A stretch of 64,000 bases of DNA, taken from Candidatus Poseidoniaceae archaeon (GTDB lineage Archaea; Thermoplasmatota; Poseidoniia; Poseidoniales; Poseidoniaceae). The DNA lies in NCBI GenBank assembly GCA_049623485.1, contig JBMZTB010000001.1, forward strand, positions 5,387 through 69,386. The letters are read 5' to 3'. The notes under the pieces were generated by a model that did no database searches, had not been told where the DNA came from, and worked only from the letters and a program-made list of their open reading frames with translations. The position numbers and the translations under genes were made by a program. Positions 41,152 to 51,489 of this stretch are shown here, in pieces; position 1 is the first letter of the stretch; the number at the start of each line of letters is the position of its first letter.

Positions 41152-41994
41152 ATGGCATGGCCATTTAGTGGCAGTGCAGGGAACGACCGGGATGCAGACG
41201 CTGAACTCGCTGAAGAGCGCTTGAAAATCATGGCCAACGTGGCCATTGAACAAGTGCCTCTCCCAGAACAAGGGGAATTGAGTGAAGAAGATGCTTGGAC
41301 CATTTCACCCGGTCCGACTCGAGCACGCCTAAACAGCATAGGATCAGTCCCAAGTGTAGCAGCAACGCTAGCTCCGGCAGCGCCTGTTAACGCCCAGGTT
41401 GATACATCTGGATTAGAACGAATGATTAGCAGTCGCCTCGACATGGTTGAGGACGTACTTCGCTTAGTAGAGCACAAAATGGAGGAATCCATTGCGGCAC
41501 CTGCTGTAGCAGAAGCGTCTGAAGAATCCGATGTTGAATCGGCCGATGGTCTATCTGTTGACGGGAACGTAGGCGATACAATCGTTACTGCTGATGGGGA
41601 AGTACTCCCCGTTGGAAGTGGGGTTGATCGTTTGCGTCAATCTGATGAAGCACGTTTGGTTGAATTGTATGAAGCACAAGCGCTTGCAGCTAACCCATTC
41701 CTTGCAAAAGGCTCGTACGAGCAGGCTGCAAATGATGGTGTTGGAGCGGCGATGGTTGCGGCCCTCTTGCTGGATAATCTATCCGGCATGGCAGCAGTCA
41801 GTTTTGCTCAAAAAGCAGTTCAAAGCGGTATGTTGACCGATGTTGAAGGACGTTCAGTCCTTGCAATCGTTCAACTAGCAGCACCAGGCGAAGCAGAATC
41901 GGCATTGAATGATCATCTGTCTCATAGGAAATTGTTGACATTCTCCGCGATTGTTGAATCGTGGAGAAATAAAACTCCTTACTCGGAGGAATGA
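41152..41994 (+). CDS. Archaellum accessory protein, FlaC/D/E-like by position
   Basis: Position between the archaellins and flaF. Acidic/coiled-coil character. AGGAGG RBS 8 nt upstream. No motif-level confirmation possible by eye. Confidence 0.4.
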   Translation: MAWPFSGSAGNDRDADAELAEERLKIMANVAIEQVPLPEQGELSEEDAWTISPGPTRARLNSIGSVPSVAATLAPAAPVNAQVDTSGLERMISSRLDMVEDVLRLVEHKMEESIAAPAVAEASEESDVESADGLSVDGNVGDTIVTADGEVLPVGSGVDRLRQSDEARLVELYEAQALAANPFLAKGSYEQAANDGVGAAMVAALLLDNLSGMAAVSFAQKAVQSGMLTDVEGRSVLAIVQLAAPGEAESALNDHLSHRKLLTFSAIVESWRNKTPYSEE

Positions 41995-41997
41995 TGC

Positions 41998-42651
41998 ATG
42001 GGTGGTTCGGTCGGAATCGGTGCTCTTGTGGTTGGAACATCACTGATGTTGGTCTTTGCGCTTGCAGTGCAAAGTCTTGACAGCAGGATGGAAACCAGTC
42101 TTGAGATCATTGAAGACGCCGGCGAACCTATCCCCTCATTCCAAATTGATAACGCAACATTATGGGAAGGTGCGGTCTTGTCCGTCACCATCACCACAAA
42201 TGGTAGCGGATATGTAGATGGAACACTCATTGAACAAAGTGGATCTGGAGGGTTCTCAGGAACCTTCACAGTCGACGCAGCAGGAGGAATAGAAAACGTG
42301 ATTATCACCAATCGCGGGAATTACTCGTCCCCTCCTACTATTATCGTCGATACAACAGGCCAACCAATTGCTTCAACAGGTGCAACATTCGGATCCGATA
42401 TTGGGAATTTTATTTACAGCAACCTTACGAATACAGGTCCAGTGACCATCAAGAACCGAGAAGCATGGCTTTTCCTTGATGGCGGTACGTCCGTAGAACC
42501 AACCAACTTCGGTTCGGTTACGAGTGGAACCACCACACATTGGTATCCTGGCGAAACCATTCAACTCGAATGGGCAGAAGACGGTGCAACATCTTACGAT
42601 CGAATTTCATTGACATTCAGTGGATTGACAATGGTAAACACATTAGCATGA
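41998..42651 (+). CDS. flaF: FlaF-like archaellum protein (N-terminal TM helix plus beta-sandwich)
   Basis: Single N-terminal hydrophobic helix GIGALVVGTSLMLVFALAV. Size and operon position match FlaF. Confidence 0.5.
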   Translation: MGGSVGIGALVVGTSLMLVFALAVQSLDSRMETSLEIIEDAGEPIPSFQIDNATLWEGAVLSVTITTNGSGYVDGTLIEQSGSGGFSGTFTVDAAGGIENVIITNRGNYSSPPTIIVDTTGQPIASTGATFGSDIGNFIYSNLTNTGPVTIKNREAWLFLDGGTSVEPTNFGSVTSGTTTHWYPGETIQLEWAEDGATSYDRISLTFSGLTMVNTLA

Positions 42652-42660
42652 GGCGACTAT

Positions 42661-43158
42661 ATGGCAGGCAGCGGAGCATCTTCTTTCATCTTCCTGACTA
42701 CAGCATTGCTGGTCTCAGGTCTTGTAAGTGTCGTTCTCATCAATGAATGGGGAGACATGGCAAAAACATCACAGGATCAAACCCGTGCGATGGAAGTTCA
42801 ACAAGCTACAAGTCTTGGATTTGCAGGAGACCCGATGATGGTTGCATACGATGATAGCCTCAATCCTGATGAGATGACGTTTTACCTGCAAAATACAGGA
42901 ACGACTCTTCTCGATACGAGCACACTCGTCGTGATTGTTGATGGATCGACTGTGACATCTACGATTACGACTGCTATCGTTCCAGCTACTGGTGCTGTTT
43001 GGGATTCTCAACATTTGGTTGAAGTTACAGTTAATTCATCTTCTTGGGCATATGCTGACGGGACGGATGTTTCATTGACGGTTATCGTCTCATCAGAAGT
43101 TACCAATGGCTATCGTGGTACTGACTCGATTTCTCTGGAGGTGCGTTTGCATGGTTGA
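42661..43158 (+). CDS. flaG: FlaG-like archaellum protein
   Basis: N-terminal archaellin-like hydrophobic segment SSFIFLTTALLVSGLVSVVLI. 165 aa. Operon position before flaH. Confidence 0.5.
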   Translation: MAGSGASSFIFLTTALLVSGLVSVVLINEWGDMAKTSQDQTRAMEVQQATSLGFAGDPMMVAYDDSLNPDEMTFYLQNTGTTLLDTSTLVVIVDGSTVTSTITTAIVPATGAVWDSQHLVEVTVNSSSWAYADGTDVSLTVIVSSEVTNGYRGTDSISLEVRLHG

Positions 43159-43876
43159 GCGATTGACCGAGAAACCTAAGCCAGTTGAGGATGGTTTCCC
43201 ATTTGATGTTGAGACAGACAGTCTTGCAGATTCGTTGGGTCTTCGATTACCTAATCGTAGTATTTTGATGCTGCAAGGTGGAGTTGGAGGCGGGAAGTCA
43301 CTCGTAAGTCAACGGTTTGTCCACGGTCTTCTGGAAAACGATGTCAAAGTTCTCGTTATTACGACTGAATTAACGACTCGCGGATGGATTGAACAAGTTG
43401 AATCAATTGGTTACGGTGTCACAGACGCTTTAACAAATGGAAACTTGATGATCTTCTCTCGATTCGGAACCGTAGCAGAACCAATTCCAAATGTTGGAAT
43501 TGATGAAGTCCTCTCGAGTGAAGCAATTGAGGAAGCCGACATCATCATCATTGATGCAGCAAGTGCCCTCATGCCCTCTGATATGAACGATCAAGATCGT
43601 TTCAATCTGATTCAACGTTTGAGAAGAATTGCTTCGACTGGCCGTAGCATCATGCTCACTGTTGACAGTGATGAAATGGATCACAAACTCCTCCACGCTA
43701 TGCGTGCAAGTGCAGAAGTTGTTATCGACTTAACAACAAACTTGATCGGTGGAGATTTGAAGAGAACACTCATTGTCACTCGTTATCTACGTGCTGCAGG
43801 ACCTGTTCAGTCCTCAATCGGTTGGAGAGTTGAACCTGGAATGGGCTTCATCGTCGACATTACGGCGGTAAGCTGA
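43151..43876 (+). CDS. flaH: FlaH (ArlH) KaiC/RecA-like ATP-binding archaellum protein. Start at ATG 43151 overlaps the flaG stop (ATGGTTGA).
   Basis: Walker A GGVGGGKS. About 240 aa. Operon position. Confidence 0.8.
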   Translation: MVERLTEKPKPVEDGFPFDVETDSLADSLGLRLPNRSILMLQGGVGGGKSLVSQRFVHGLLENDVKVLVITTELTTRGWIEQVESIGYGVTDALTNGNLMIFSRFGTVAEPIPNVGIDEVLSSEAIEEADIIIIDAASALMPSDMNDQDRFNLIQRLRRIASTGRSIMLTVDSDEMDHKLLHAMRASAEVVIDLTTNLIGGDLKRTLIVTRYLRAAGPVQSSIGWRVEPGMGFIVDITAVS

Positions 43877-43886
43877 GGTGAACATT

Positions 43887-45602
43887 ATGGCTGATGAAGA
43901 TTTAAAATTCGCTCGAGGTGATCTCGCTTCGGTTATGGCCGCTCATAACCACGTTGCAGAATGGGTTCGTGATTTCGAAAAGAAATACGGTTCCCGTCCA
44001 ATATACTACGGACCACTCGACCGAGATGCTAAGAAGCAACGTCCATTGAATCTAATCTACATCACCAAAGAACCAGTATTTGTTCATATTTACGAACCTC
44101 CCGCAGACGAAGACGGTGGAGGCCAAGTTCTCTGGTTTGGTCTTGAACCGCAATTGAATGAAGAAGAAGAAAACATTCGCCGTGATTTGGTTGAAACTCT
44201 TCTCCAAGAAGCACCGACTGCTCCAACATTTACAACTGACTCGGAGTTTGAAACAATTTTGGGACAAATGATTGACAGATACACAATCCTCGATACTGAA
44301 GCCAACATTGGAACTCGTCGCAGAGGCCGAATGTGGGAAATGATCGGGCTGGAAGACAAAAGAGTCGTCGTCTCAGAAGCACAAAGAGACCGTTTACGAT
44401 ACATCATTGTTCGAGATCTTATCAAAAATGGTCCTCTTGAAACCCTCCTTTCGGATGAAATGCTGGAAGATATTCACTCCGTTGGTTTAAAACACATTCA
44501 CATGGATCACAAAGTCTTCGAAATGGTTACTTCAAACATCCGTTTCCGTGAACGAGATATCCTTTCTCGTTATCTACGTTCCATGTCTGAACGTATTGGC
44601 CGTCCTGTATCAGACAACAATCCTATCATCGACGGAGCCCTTCTCGACGGTTCCCGTATCAATATCATTTTCTCAGATGACGTTTCAATGCTGGGCCCAT
44701 CTTTTACGATTCGTAAATTCGCAGAAGAAACAATTTCCATCACCCAACTCATTCAATGGGGCACCATGAGTTCCCAGGTTGCAGCATACATTTGGCTGTG
44801 TCTAGAATACGGAATGTCTGTTCTGGTATCTGGTGAGACCGCTTCTGGTAAAACCACGACTCTCAATGCAATTCTTCCTTTCATCGATCATAACGTGAAA
44901 ATTTACTCGGCGGAAGACACTCCCGAAGTCAAGGTCAGCCACAAGATTTGGCAACGACTTGTTACACGAAGTTCGAAAAATGAAGATTCAAGTGTCGAAA
45001 TGTTCGACTTGCTCAAAGCCGCACTGCGTTCAAGACCACGTTACATTATCATCGGTGAAATACGTGGTGTTGAAGGAGCAACTGCTTTCCAAGCAATGCA
45101 AACAGGGCACCCGGTTATTGCTACATTCCACGCATCTTCAATCGTTAAGATGATTCAACGTTTCACAGGGGATCCAATCAATGTTCCAATTCGTTTCTTC
45201 GACAACCTAAATTTCGCGATTTTCCAAGAAGTTACCGAAACCAATGGAAATCTTGTTCGCCGCATTACTGGTGTCGACGAGGTTATTGGATACAACAAGC
45301 ACAGCGATGGTGTCTTGACCCGTGGTATGTTCGAATGGGATCCTCTCAAAGACAAGCATTACTTCCGTGGTATGTTCCAATCCCATCTTCTCGAAAATAA
45401 GATTGCAGCACAAGCAGGGTTTGCAAATAAGCGGGATGTCTATGATGAAATGTTACGGAGAGCTTCTGCTCTTGATCGAATGGTCGATCGCAATTTGACA
45501 CATTATGATGACGTGTTTGGCCTTCTGAATATCTATTACAATAGTGGTTGGGAAACTTTCGACAAGGCTGTTGATAGTTGGGTCAGCCAAAAAGACCGAT
45601 GA
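43887..45602 (+). CDS. flaI: FlaI (ArlI) archaellum assembly/motor ATPase of the type II/IV secretion ATPase superfamily. Track ORF starts at GTG 43878; ATG 43887 is preferred.
   Basis: Walker A GETASGKTT. Walker B/Asp box region. About 570 aa. GAGGTGA RBS upstream. Confidence 0.9.
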   Translation: MADEDLKFARGDLASVMAAHNHVAEWVRDFEKKYGSRPIYYGPLDRDAKKQRPLNLIYITKEPVFVHIYEPPADEDGGGQVLWFGLEPQLNEEEENIRRDLVETLLQEAPTAPTFTTDSEFETILGQMIDRYTILDTEANIGTRRRGRMWEMIGLEDKRVVVSEAQRDRLRYIIVRDLIKNGPLETLLSDEMLEDIHSVGLKHIHMDHKVFEMVTSNIRFRERDILSRYLRSMSERIGRPVSDNNPIIDGALLDGSRINIIFSDDVSMLGPSFTIRKFAEETISITQLIQWGTMSSQVAAYIWLCLEYGMSVLVSGETASGKTTTLNAILPFIDHNVKIYSAEDTPEVKVSHKIWQRLVTRSSKNEDSSVEMFDLLKAALRSRPRYIIIGEIRGVEGATAFQAMQTGHPVIATFHASSIVKMIQRFTGDPINVPIRFFDNLNFAIFQEVTETNGNLVRRITGVDEVIGYNKHSDGVLTRGMFEWDPLKDKHYFRGMFQSHLLENKIAAQAGFANKRDVYDEMLRRASALDRMVDRNLTHYDDVFGLLNIYYNSGWETFDKAVDSWVSQKDR

Positions 45603-45616
45603 GGAGATGAAGAAGC

Positions 45617-47419
45617 ATGGAACGAATGCCGATGTGGCAGATTGCCATCCGTCGGCTCGAAATGCCAGTTGGTCGTTTCCTTGCCTTGTACGTCGGTGGG
45701 GCTTTTGCAATGGGCCTCATAGGGTCACTTGCACTTATTTTCTTAACAGGTGGTTTGGCAGAGGGAGCGTTATTTTCAGGGGCATCAGGTATACTGTTGC
45801 TGTTCCTTCTCCCAATTCTAGCAGCACTTGGGGCTATTGCTTTCCCGATGCTTGAAGTGACTCGTTCTGCGAACATGATCGAGCGTGAAATGCATATGTT
45901 CATCACTCGTATGGGAATTCTCTCGCTTGGAGAAGTAGGTGCTCAGACAATTTTCGATATTCTCAAGCAGATGAGAGATTATGGGGAATTAGCATCGGAA
46001 GTACAACGTATCGAGACGCTTGTTGACAAATGGAACACGTCTCTGCCTGAGGCTGCTCGTATTGTTGCACAACAAAGTCCGAGCCCTCTATGGACGGATT
46101 TCCTTGATAGAATGGCGTTTTCTATTGAAGCAGGTCAGCCAATTGATGAATTCATGCGTTCGGAACAAGAAACGGTTGCTGAACAATACAACACCCTCTA
46201 TGATACAAGGCTAGAAAGCGTTGATACAATGCAAGAAATTTACGTTTCAATGGTCACAGCAGGCCTTTTCGGGCTTGTAATTGCTGGAATCCATCTTGTC
46301 TTGTTCGAAGTGGGTGGAGATAACGACACACCTATTGAAGTTGCAGCCCGTTTGCGTTTCCTTCTTCTTGCTTCCTTCCTATTCATAATCATTCAAGTTG
46401 CAGCGATGCTTGCTTTTAGAGCGACTATTCCTCGTGATCTTATCTTTGCTCGAGATGAACTTGAAACCCCTTTCAGAATAAATTTCAGAAGAGCATTACT
46501 CGCTTCAGGAGCGGTTGCGTTAATGTTACTTCTTGTAACAATCTATGTGGTTGCAAGTTCATGGGAAGAGATAAGCAGTCAATGGGACAGGTACGGCCTT
46601 ATTCTCCTCGCAGCACCTCTTTCACCTCTGCTTATTCCTGCATGGTTGATTCGAAAAGAAGAGTCAAGTGTGTTAAGGAGAGACTCAGCCTATCCCGATT
46701 TCATCCGTGCACTTGGTGGGACTGCCCAAGCAAGAAGCGCAGAACCTTCTGCAACAATCAAAGCTCTACGTGGTGTTGACTTTGGTATGCTCGATTATTC
46801 AATTGATCGACTTGAAAAGCGATTGTCGACACGTATTGACTCAGACCGTGCTTGGGATTACTTCAATGCCGACACAAACTCAGCCGTGATCTCTCGATAC
46901 ACGCGTATTTACATCGAAGGTTCTCAATCATCAGGTAAACCTGCAGCTACTGCAGAAATGGTATCGCGTTCAGTTGGAAACCTCCTCTCTCTAAGGCGTC
47001 GACGCGCCCTCTCTGCCAACACAATGTGGGGGGTAGCTCTTGGTCTTCTCATTGCCAGCGTCACTTCATTGAACGTAACGATCTCGATTGTATTGCAACT
47101 TGGAGATGCTATTGCAGGTGTTGCATCAGGTTTGGCGGAAACAGATGTTGGCGCACTCCAAGACTTTGGCTCGGGGATTGCTCTTCCCGTTATGGAAAAC
47201 GCAACTTCTGTTGAAGATAATATTCGAATGTTCAAGATTATAGTTTCACTGCTTGTCATTGGTCAAATCATTGCTGTATCTGCTATTGCCACACGTCTGC
47301 GCGGTGGCGGTAAGACGAGTGCTGCTGGTCAAGCGATTCAATTGCTATGGATTGCTGGAATCACCTCTTGGATTACTGCAGTCCTACTCGATGGAGCATC
47401 ATCTGTATTTGGTGTTTAA
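45617..47419 (+). CDS. flaJ: FlaJ (ArlJ) polytopic membrane platform protein of the archaellum
   Basis: 600 aa with about 8-9 TM helices. TadC/GspF-like cytoplasmic loops. Immediately follows flaI, with a GAGGAG RBS. Confidence 0.85.
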   Translation: MERMPMWQIAIRRLEMPVGRFLALYVGGAFAMGLIGSLALIFLTGGLAEGALFSGASGILLLFLLPILAALGAIAFPMLEVTRSANMIEREMHMFITRMGILSLGEVGAQTIFDILKQMRDYGELASEVQRIETLVDKWNTSLPEAARIVAQQSPSPLWTDFLDRMAFSIEAGQPIDEFMRSEQETVAEQYNTLYDTRLESVDTMQEIYVSMVTAGLFGLVIAGIHLVLFEVGGDNDTPIEVAARLRFLLLASFLFIIIQVAAMLAFRATIPRDLIFARDELETPFRINFRRALLASGAVALMLLLVTIYVVASSWEEISSQWDRYGLILLAAPLSPLLIPAWLIRKEESSVLRRDSAYPDFIRALGGTAQARSAEPSATIKALRGVDFGMLDYSIDRLEKRLSTRIDSDRAWDYFNADTNSAVISRYTRIYIEGSQSSGKPAATAEMVSRSVGNLLSLRRRRALSANTMWGVALGLLIASVTSLNVTISIVLQLGDAIAGVASGLAETDVGALQDFGSGIALPVMENATSVEDNIRMFKIIVSLLVIGQIIAVSAIATRLRGGGKTSAAGQAIQLLWIAGITSWITAVLLDGASSVFGV

Positions 47420-47457
47420 TCAAAAAGAGTATATGCTGTCTTCTCAGATGCTAGCGC

Positions 47458-47898
47458 ATGCAAAGCACTCCATCTGGACCTACGGTTTCATCGAATATGT
47501 ATCATCCACCCCAGCAAGCAATGATGGGGGGAGGGTTGTTTTCTCTTCATAAATTCTTGATGATCGGCGTCATTCTCATCCTTCTAGCCATTCTCATAAG
47601 CGTTCTTCCAGACTTTGGAGGTGCGCCGAGCGAAATTGATTACGATACATCAGATTCAGGATGGAGTGAAGCATTCGCAAAGGATACAGAATCTTTCAAT
47701 GACTTTGATCGAGTTATGGGAACGATTGCTACTCTCTTGGGGAGTGGAGGTGTTGCACTGATAGGATATGCATTTGTTCGTGAAGCTTATGATGAAGACA
47801 CGACAACTCCAGCACTTAGAATCACTCTCTTGATTCTTGGAGCAGTCATGCTGCTTCAACTTCTTGGTTCAGGATTTGACGTGAGTGCATCACTTTGA
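47458..47898 (+). CDS. Small 3-TM membrane protein of unknown function immediately downstream of flaJ
   Basis: Hydrophobic helices LMIGVILILLAILISVL, IATLLGSGGVALIGYAF and ITLLILGAVMLLQLLG. No known motif. Confidence 0.4.
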   Translation: MQSTPSGPTVSSNMYHPPQQAMMGGGLFSLHKFLMIGVILILLAILISVLPDFGGAPSEIDYDTSDSGWSEAFAKDTESFNDFDRVMGTIATLLGSGGVALIGYAFVREAYDEDTTTPALRITLLILGAVMLLQLLGSGFDVSASL

Positions 47899-48567
47899 GC
47901 GGCGACTCTTTGTGCGATTTTTCGTCTCTTCTTCTGCAATCCTCTTCTTTGTAGCCGCCCATGAACATATTGGGCATGTTGTCAGATCATGGAAGCGTGC
48001 CGGACAGTATTCTCTTCCAAAGAAAATAATCTGTAGGTGTAAATCATTCCAAGCCTGTTTAGGAAAAACTGCTTTGAGGTCTTTTTCAGTCCGTTCGACA
48101 TTGCTCCCGTTTGATAGACCCCAACGAGCAGCGAGTCGATGAATGTGAGTATCGATAGGGAATGCAGGTATCCCAAAGGCCTGAGCAAGTACCACTCCAG
48201 CAGTTTTATGACCAACTCCAGGCAATGCCTCAAGTTCTTCGAATGTATTTGGGATGATGCCATTATGACGTTCGATCAGGAGTTCAGATAAACGTTTGAT
48301 GTTCTTCGCTTTTGTTGGAGCAAGTCCAACTTGTTTGATAAGTGTCTGAATCTCTTCAACATCCAATGAAGCCATCTTTTCTGGAGTTGGCCCTCGCTTA
48401 AACAGTTCAGGAGTCACCTCGTTGACTTTCAAATCAGTTGTTTGTGCACTCATGAGAACTGCGACAAGGAGTTGAAATGAGTTCTCATGATCGAGAGGTA
48501 CTGGCGTTTCAGGGTACAACTTTTCAAGCATCTTCTGAATGCGCTCTGCTTTGTCACTTCGCTTCAT
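47890..48567 (-). CDS. nth: Endonuclease III (HhH-GPD DNA glycosylase/AP lyase with 4Fe-4S loop)
   Basis: LPGVGHKTAGVVL (HhH-GPD). CPARFHDLTTCPICSW (Fe-S loop). 225 aa. Confidence 0.85.
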   Translation of the reverse strand: MKRSDKAERIQKMLEKLYPETPVPLDHENSFQLLVAVLMSAQTTDLKVNEVTPELFKRGPTPEKMASLDVEEIQTLIKQVGLAPTKAKNIKRLSELLIERHNGIIPNTFEELEALPGVGHKTAGVVLAQAFGIPAFPIDTHIHRLAARWGLSNGSNVERTEKDLKAVFPKQAWNDLHLQIIFFGREYCPARFHDLTTCPICSWAATKKRIAEEETKNRTKSRRSK

Positions 48568-48578
48568 AATGAAGCCAC

Positions 48579-48785
48579 CTATTCAGCGTATTCAGACCCT
48601 GTGACCCAGCCAAAGAAGATTCCAGAACTAATGCTTGCTAAGGGGATGAGATTACAGGCGAATATTTCGATGAATGGAGCCTCACCGTCTTGGGGTTGGC
48701 CGAGAAGATACCAAACAAGGAGCCCAAGGAAGAGTCCAGGGATTACCATGAGTCCTCCTATGATGAGTGTCCGTGTTAGTCGCAT
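48579..48785 (-). CDS. Small 2-TM membrane protein (hypothetical). Start placed at the internal Met to avoid overlapping PolX.
   Basis: ORF with two hydrophobic segments. Weak support. Confidence 0.3.
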   Translation of the reverse strand: MRLTRTLIIGGLMVIPGLFLGLLVWYLLGQPQDGEAPFIEIFACNLIPLASISSGIFFGWVTGSEYAE

Positions 48786-48822
48786 ATACTCACCACCTGC
48801 TACTGATTCATGAACTATTGCT

Positions 48823-50766
48823 TCACTGTAGGGCAAGTTGTTGAGCCAATGAGGCTCCACTCATGGTATTGATGACATCGTCATCTTCCAGCCATCCTTT
48901 ACGTGCAGTCATGACTCCATATTGAATATCGGCCAATCCTCTGGTCGAGTGGGCATCAGGGCTGATCGCAACAGGAACTCCAGAAATCTTAGCGTACTTA
49001 CAGAGTCTGTAATCAATATCCAATCTGTATGGACTTGCATTCAACTCAATCGCCTTGAATTTTCCATCTTGTATGTGTTCTGCCATGGCATCAATAATGC
49101 GGTATACGTCCACTTCATATCCTTCCCGACCTTGTAAAATCCGACCAGTTGGATGACCAATGATCGTCGTTGCAGGATGTTCGAGTACCTTGAGTAACTC
49201 TTCCGTGTTCTCATTCTCATCTCGACCTCTCCATTTGGTCATAGCATGAACAGAAGCAACAACATAATCCAGTTCCTTGAGCACATCATCTGGATGGTCT
49301 AACTTTCCACCTGCTAAAATATCAGATTCAACTCCGTGAAAGAGTCGGAAATCAACACCATCATCGGCCCACTTCTGATTGTATTTCTTGATGGTTTGGC
49401 CCTGCTCAAGAAGACGATCAGCAGGTGCCCCATTTGCAATTTTTAGAGTCGGTGAATGATCTGCAATTCCAAGCCAATTCCATCCTAGCGATTGCGCAGC
49501 ATCGGCCATTTGTTCTAATGTGGCTTCTCCATCTGAGACCACTGTATGGTTATGCAAGGCTCCTTTTATTGAAGGCAATTCAAGCAGATGAGGCAGTGAT
49601 TGTTGACTTCCTGCATCCATCTCTCCCATGTCTTCTCGTAACTCTGGTGCAACCCATTGCATCTCAAGATGTGCATAGATGTCTTCTTCAGTCATAGCAT
49701 GAAGTGAAAATTGAGCGGCCTCGATTCCTTTGAGCTCTCCCGCTTTCTGTTCTGGGATTAAACCAAATTCATTGAGACGTAATCCTCGATCAATCGCACG
49801 TTGGCGCATCGCTATATTGTGTTCTTTACTTCCTGTAAAGTATGCCAGAGTGAACGAAAACATTTCTGGAGGGACCAATCGAACTTGGGCATCGATGGTT
49901 CCAGCACTTTCCAACTGTTCGTAATCATCACCGCCAATCGCTTCCAAAACATTTGCATCAATATGGCCTATTGAAAAGCCATCCTCGAAAATACTGGCTT
50001 CGAGAATAAGACTTATCTTCGAATCTCCTGCACCTTTGACATCAGCAATACCGTGCAGGGCCAGGATTGCATTTGCAACCTCTTCATGCTGGTCTGGTTT
50101 GACTCCTACGACGATATCAAGATCGCCAATAGTTTCCTTTCTTCGGCGAGCGCTGCCTGCAAGTTGAACGCGTTCAACACCGGGTATCTCTCTGATTCGT
50201 TGTTCAAACGCTGTTCCATATTTCAAGCCAATATCAAGACGGCGACGTGCTCGAAAGCGTGACAGCAGTTCGATTCCATCGAGCATACGTTGTTCTGTTT
50301 TCTTGCCAAATCCTTTCATTGGTGCAATAAGGCCTTCTTCAGCAACTTCTTTCAATTTAGCAATTGAATCAACTCCGAGTTCTTCATGCATTAATTTGAT
50401 CCGTTTTGGACCCAAACCAGGAATGCCAAGCATTTCGATGAGTCCATGAGGTGTATCGTTGTGTAGACGATGCCAATCTTCGGGCCATTCGCCTTCAAGT
50501 ATTGCTTGAGAGAGGGCTGAACCAAGTCCTTTTCCAATCCCTTTCATCTCAAACAATCTGCCTGTGATGACGAGTTCATGCAAATCTTCTGTCAATGTGC
50601 CAAGGAGTCGGCTGCCGTTTTGATAAGACCGTACTCTGAAGACATTTGCTCCTTGTAATTCTAACAAGACAGCAACTTGATGCAAAACTCCAGCAACCTG
50701 ATTTCTTGAAAAGAACGGTGGGCCGTTTGGTCTCGCTTTCGGTAATTTGAATCCATTCCCTGCCAT
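48823..50766 (-). CDS. polX: Family X DNA polymerase (Pol beta-like core plus C-terminal PHP phosphoesterase domain). Track ORF extends to 50817.
   Basis: HhH motifs GIPGLGPKRIK and GIGKG. Nucleotidyltransferase GDLD-type motif (TIGDLDIVV). PHP domain His clusters (HNHTVVSDG, HSP). About 648 aa. Confidence 0.85.
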   Translation of the reverse strand: MAGNGFKLPKARPNGPPFFSRNQVAGVLHQVAVLLELQGANVFRVRSYQNGSRLLGTLTEDLHELVITGRLFEMKGIGKGLGSALSQAILEGEWPEDWHRLHNDTPHGLIEMLGIPGLGPKRIKLMHEELGVDSIAKLKEVAEEGLIAPMKGFGKKTEQRMLDGIELLSRFRARRRLDIGLKYGTAFEQRIREIPGVERVQLAGSARRRKETIGDLDIVVGVKPDQHEEVANAILALHGIADVKGAGDSKISLILEASIFEDGFSIGHIDANVLEAIGGDDYEQLESAGTIDAQVRLVPPEMFSFTLAYFTGSKEHNIAMRQRAIDRGLRLNEFGLIPEQKAGELKGIEAAQFSLHAMTEEDIYAHLEMQWVAPELREDMGEMDAGSQQSLPHLLELPSIKGALHNHTVVSDGEATLEQMADAAQSLGWNWLGIADHSPTLKIANGAPADRLLEQGQTIKKYNQKWADDGVDFRLFHGVESDILAGGKLDHPDDVLKELDYVVASVHAMTKWRGRDENENTEELLKVLEHPATTIIGHPTGRILQGREGYEVDVYRIIDAMAEHIQDGKFKAIELNASPYRLDIDYRLCKYAKISGVPVAISPDAHSTRGLADIQYGVMTARKGWLEDDDVINTMSGASLAQQLALQ

Positions 50767-50808
50767 AGTCTTCTCATATCCCCACGGGTAAAAAAGGATG
50801 GCAAGTGA

Positions 50809-51171
50809 TTGTTTCAAAAACCCCCGAGGAGTGGAATCATCATGGTCGATGTGGACATCATCTCATTTCTTGTCCAATCGTTTTGTGGAATCTCTGCTTT
50901 CTTGTTTATGTTTGTAGCTACATTTTCACGCTCTGAAAAAGCAGAGTTGGTGGTGCAGAACATCATTTTTACATCTCTTCTTCTCGCTGCAGCATCGCTC
51001 TGGTGGCTTTCTCTTGCAGGTGGTTCTCTTTGGGGATCGAACTATCTTCCAAAGCCTCTTTCCATAGTCTGTGTAGTTCTGGCTATCGCTGCAAGAATGA
51101 ACATCAAAGGCGAGAATGTTTCGTTTGGTGCGAACCCTCACAGTATCGGAAAAAAAACCGAAGAAGAGTGA
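50809..51171 (+). CDS. Small membrane protein (hypothetical)
   Basis: ORF with 3 hydrophobic helices. No motif. Confidence 0.3.
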   Translation: MFQKPPRSGIIMVDVDIISFLVQSFCGISAFLFMFVATFSRSEKAELVVQNIIFTSLLLAAASLWWLSLAGGSLWGSNYLPKPLSIVCVVLAIAARMNIKGENVSFGANPHSIGKKTEEE

Positions 51172-51489
51172 TTAAACGATTTCGCCAGGTTCTTCGGAAG
51201 TGCCTGCAGCAGCCTCTTTTTCCATCTTCTGATTGATGAAGGTGCGCATGTACTCTGGCAGCTCTCCGTTGATGAAAATAACGTCATTCACTGAGTCGAG
51301 TTTCTTCAAAGAATAGAAAATTTGCATTGCAGTCATTGGAGTTGAGGAACATCCGTTACATCCTCCATCGAGAGAGAGCATGATGTTTCCTCCACTTGTA
51401 TCATGAACAGTTACAACTCCATCGTGAGCATCGAGGACTTCCTGCACAGGTCCAATCTCGGCGAGGACTTCCTCAGCGGTTATGCCCAT
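51172..51489 (-). CDS. NifU-like (Nfu-type) Fe-S cluster scaffold domain protein
   Basis: C-terminal LDGGCNGCSSTPMTA matches the Nfu CxxC motif. 105 aa. Confidence 0.6.
   Translation of the reverse strand: MGITAEEVLAEIGPVQEVLDAHDGVVTVHDTSGGNIMLSLDGGCNGCSSTPMTAMQIFYSLKKLDSVNDVIFINGELPEYMRTFINQKMEKEAAAGTSEEPGEIV

Noticed and set aside
40131-41271. Long reverse-strand ORFs (130 and 189 aa) antisense to the archaellin genes
   Set aside because: They lie entirely within the well-supported flaB1/flaB2 coding frames. They are Ser/Thr/Ala-rich low-complexity translations typical of the antisense of GC-rich, codon-biased genes, with no motifs and no RBS.
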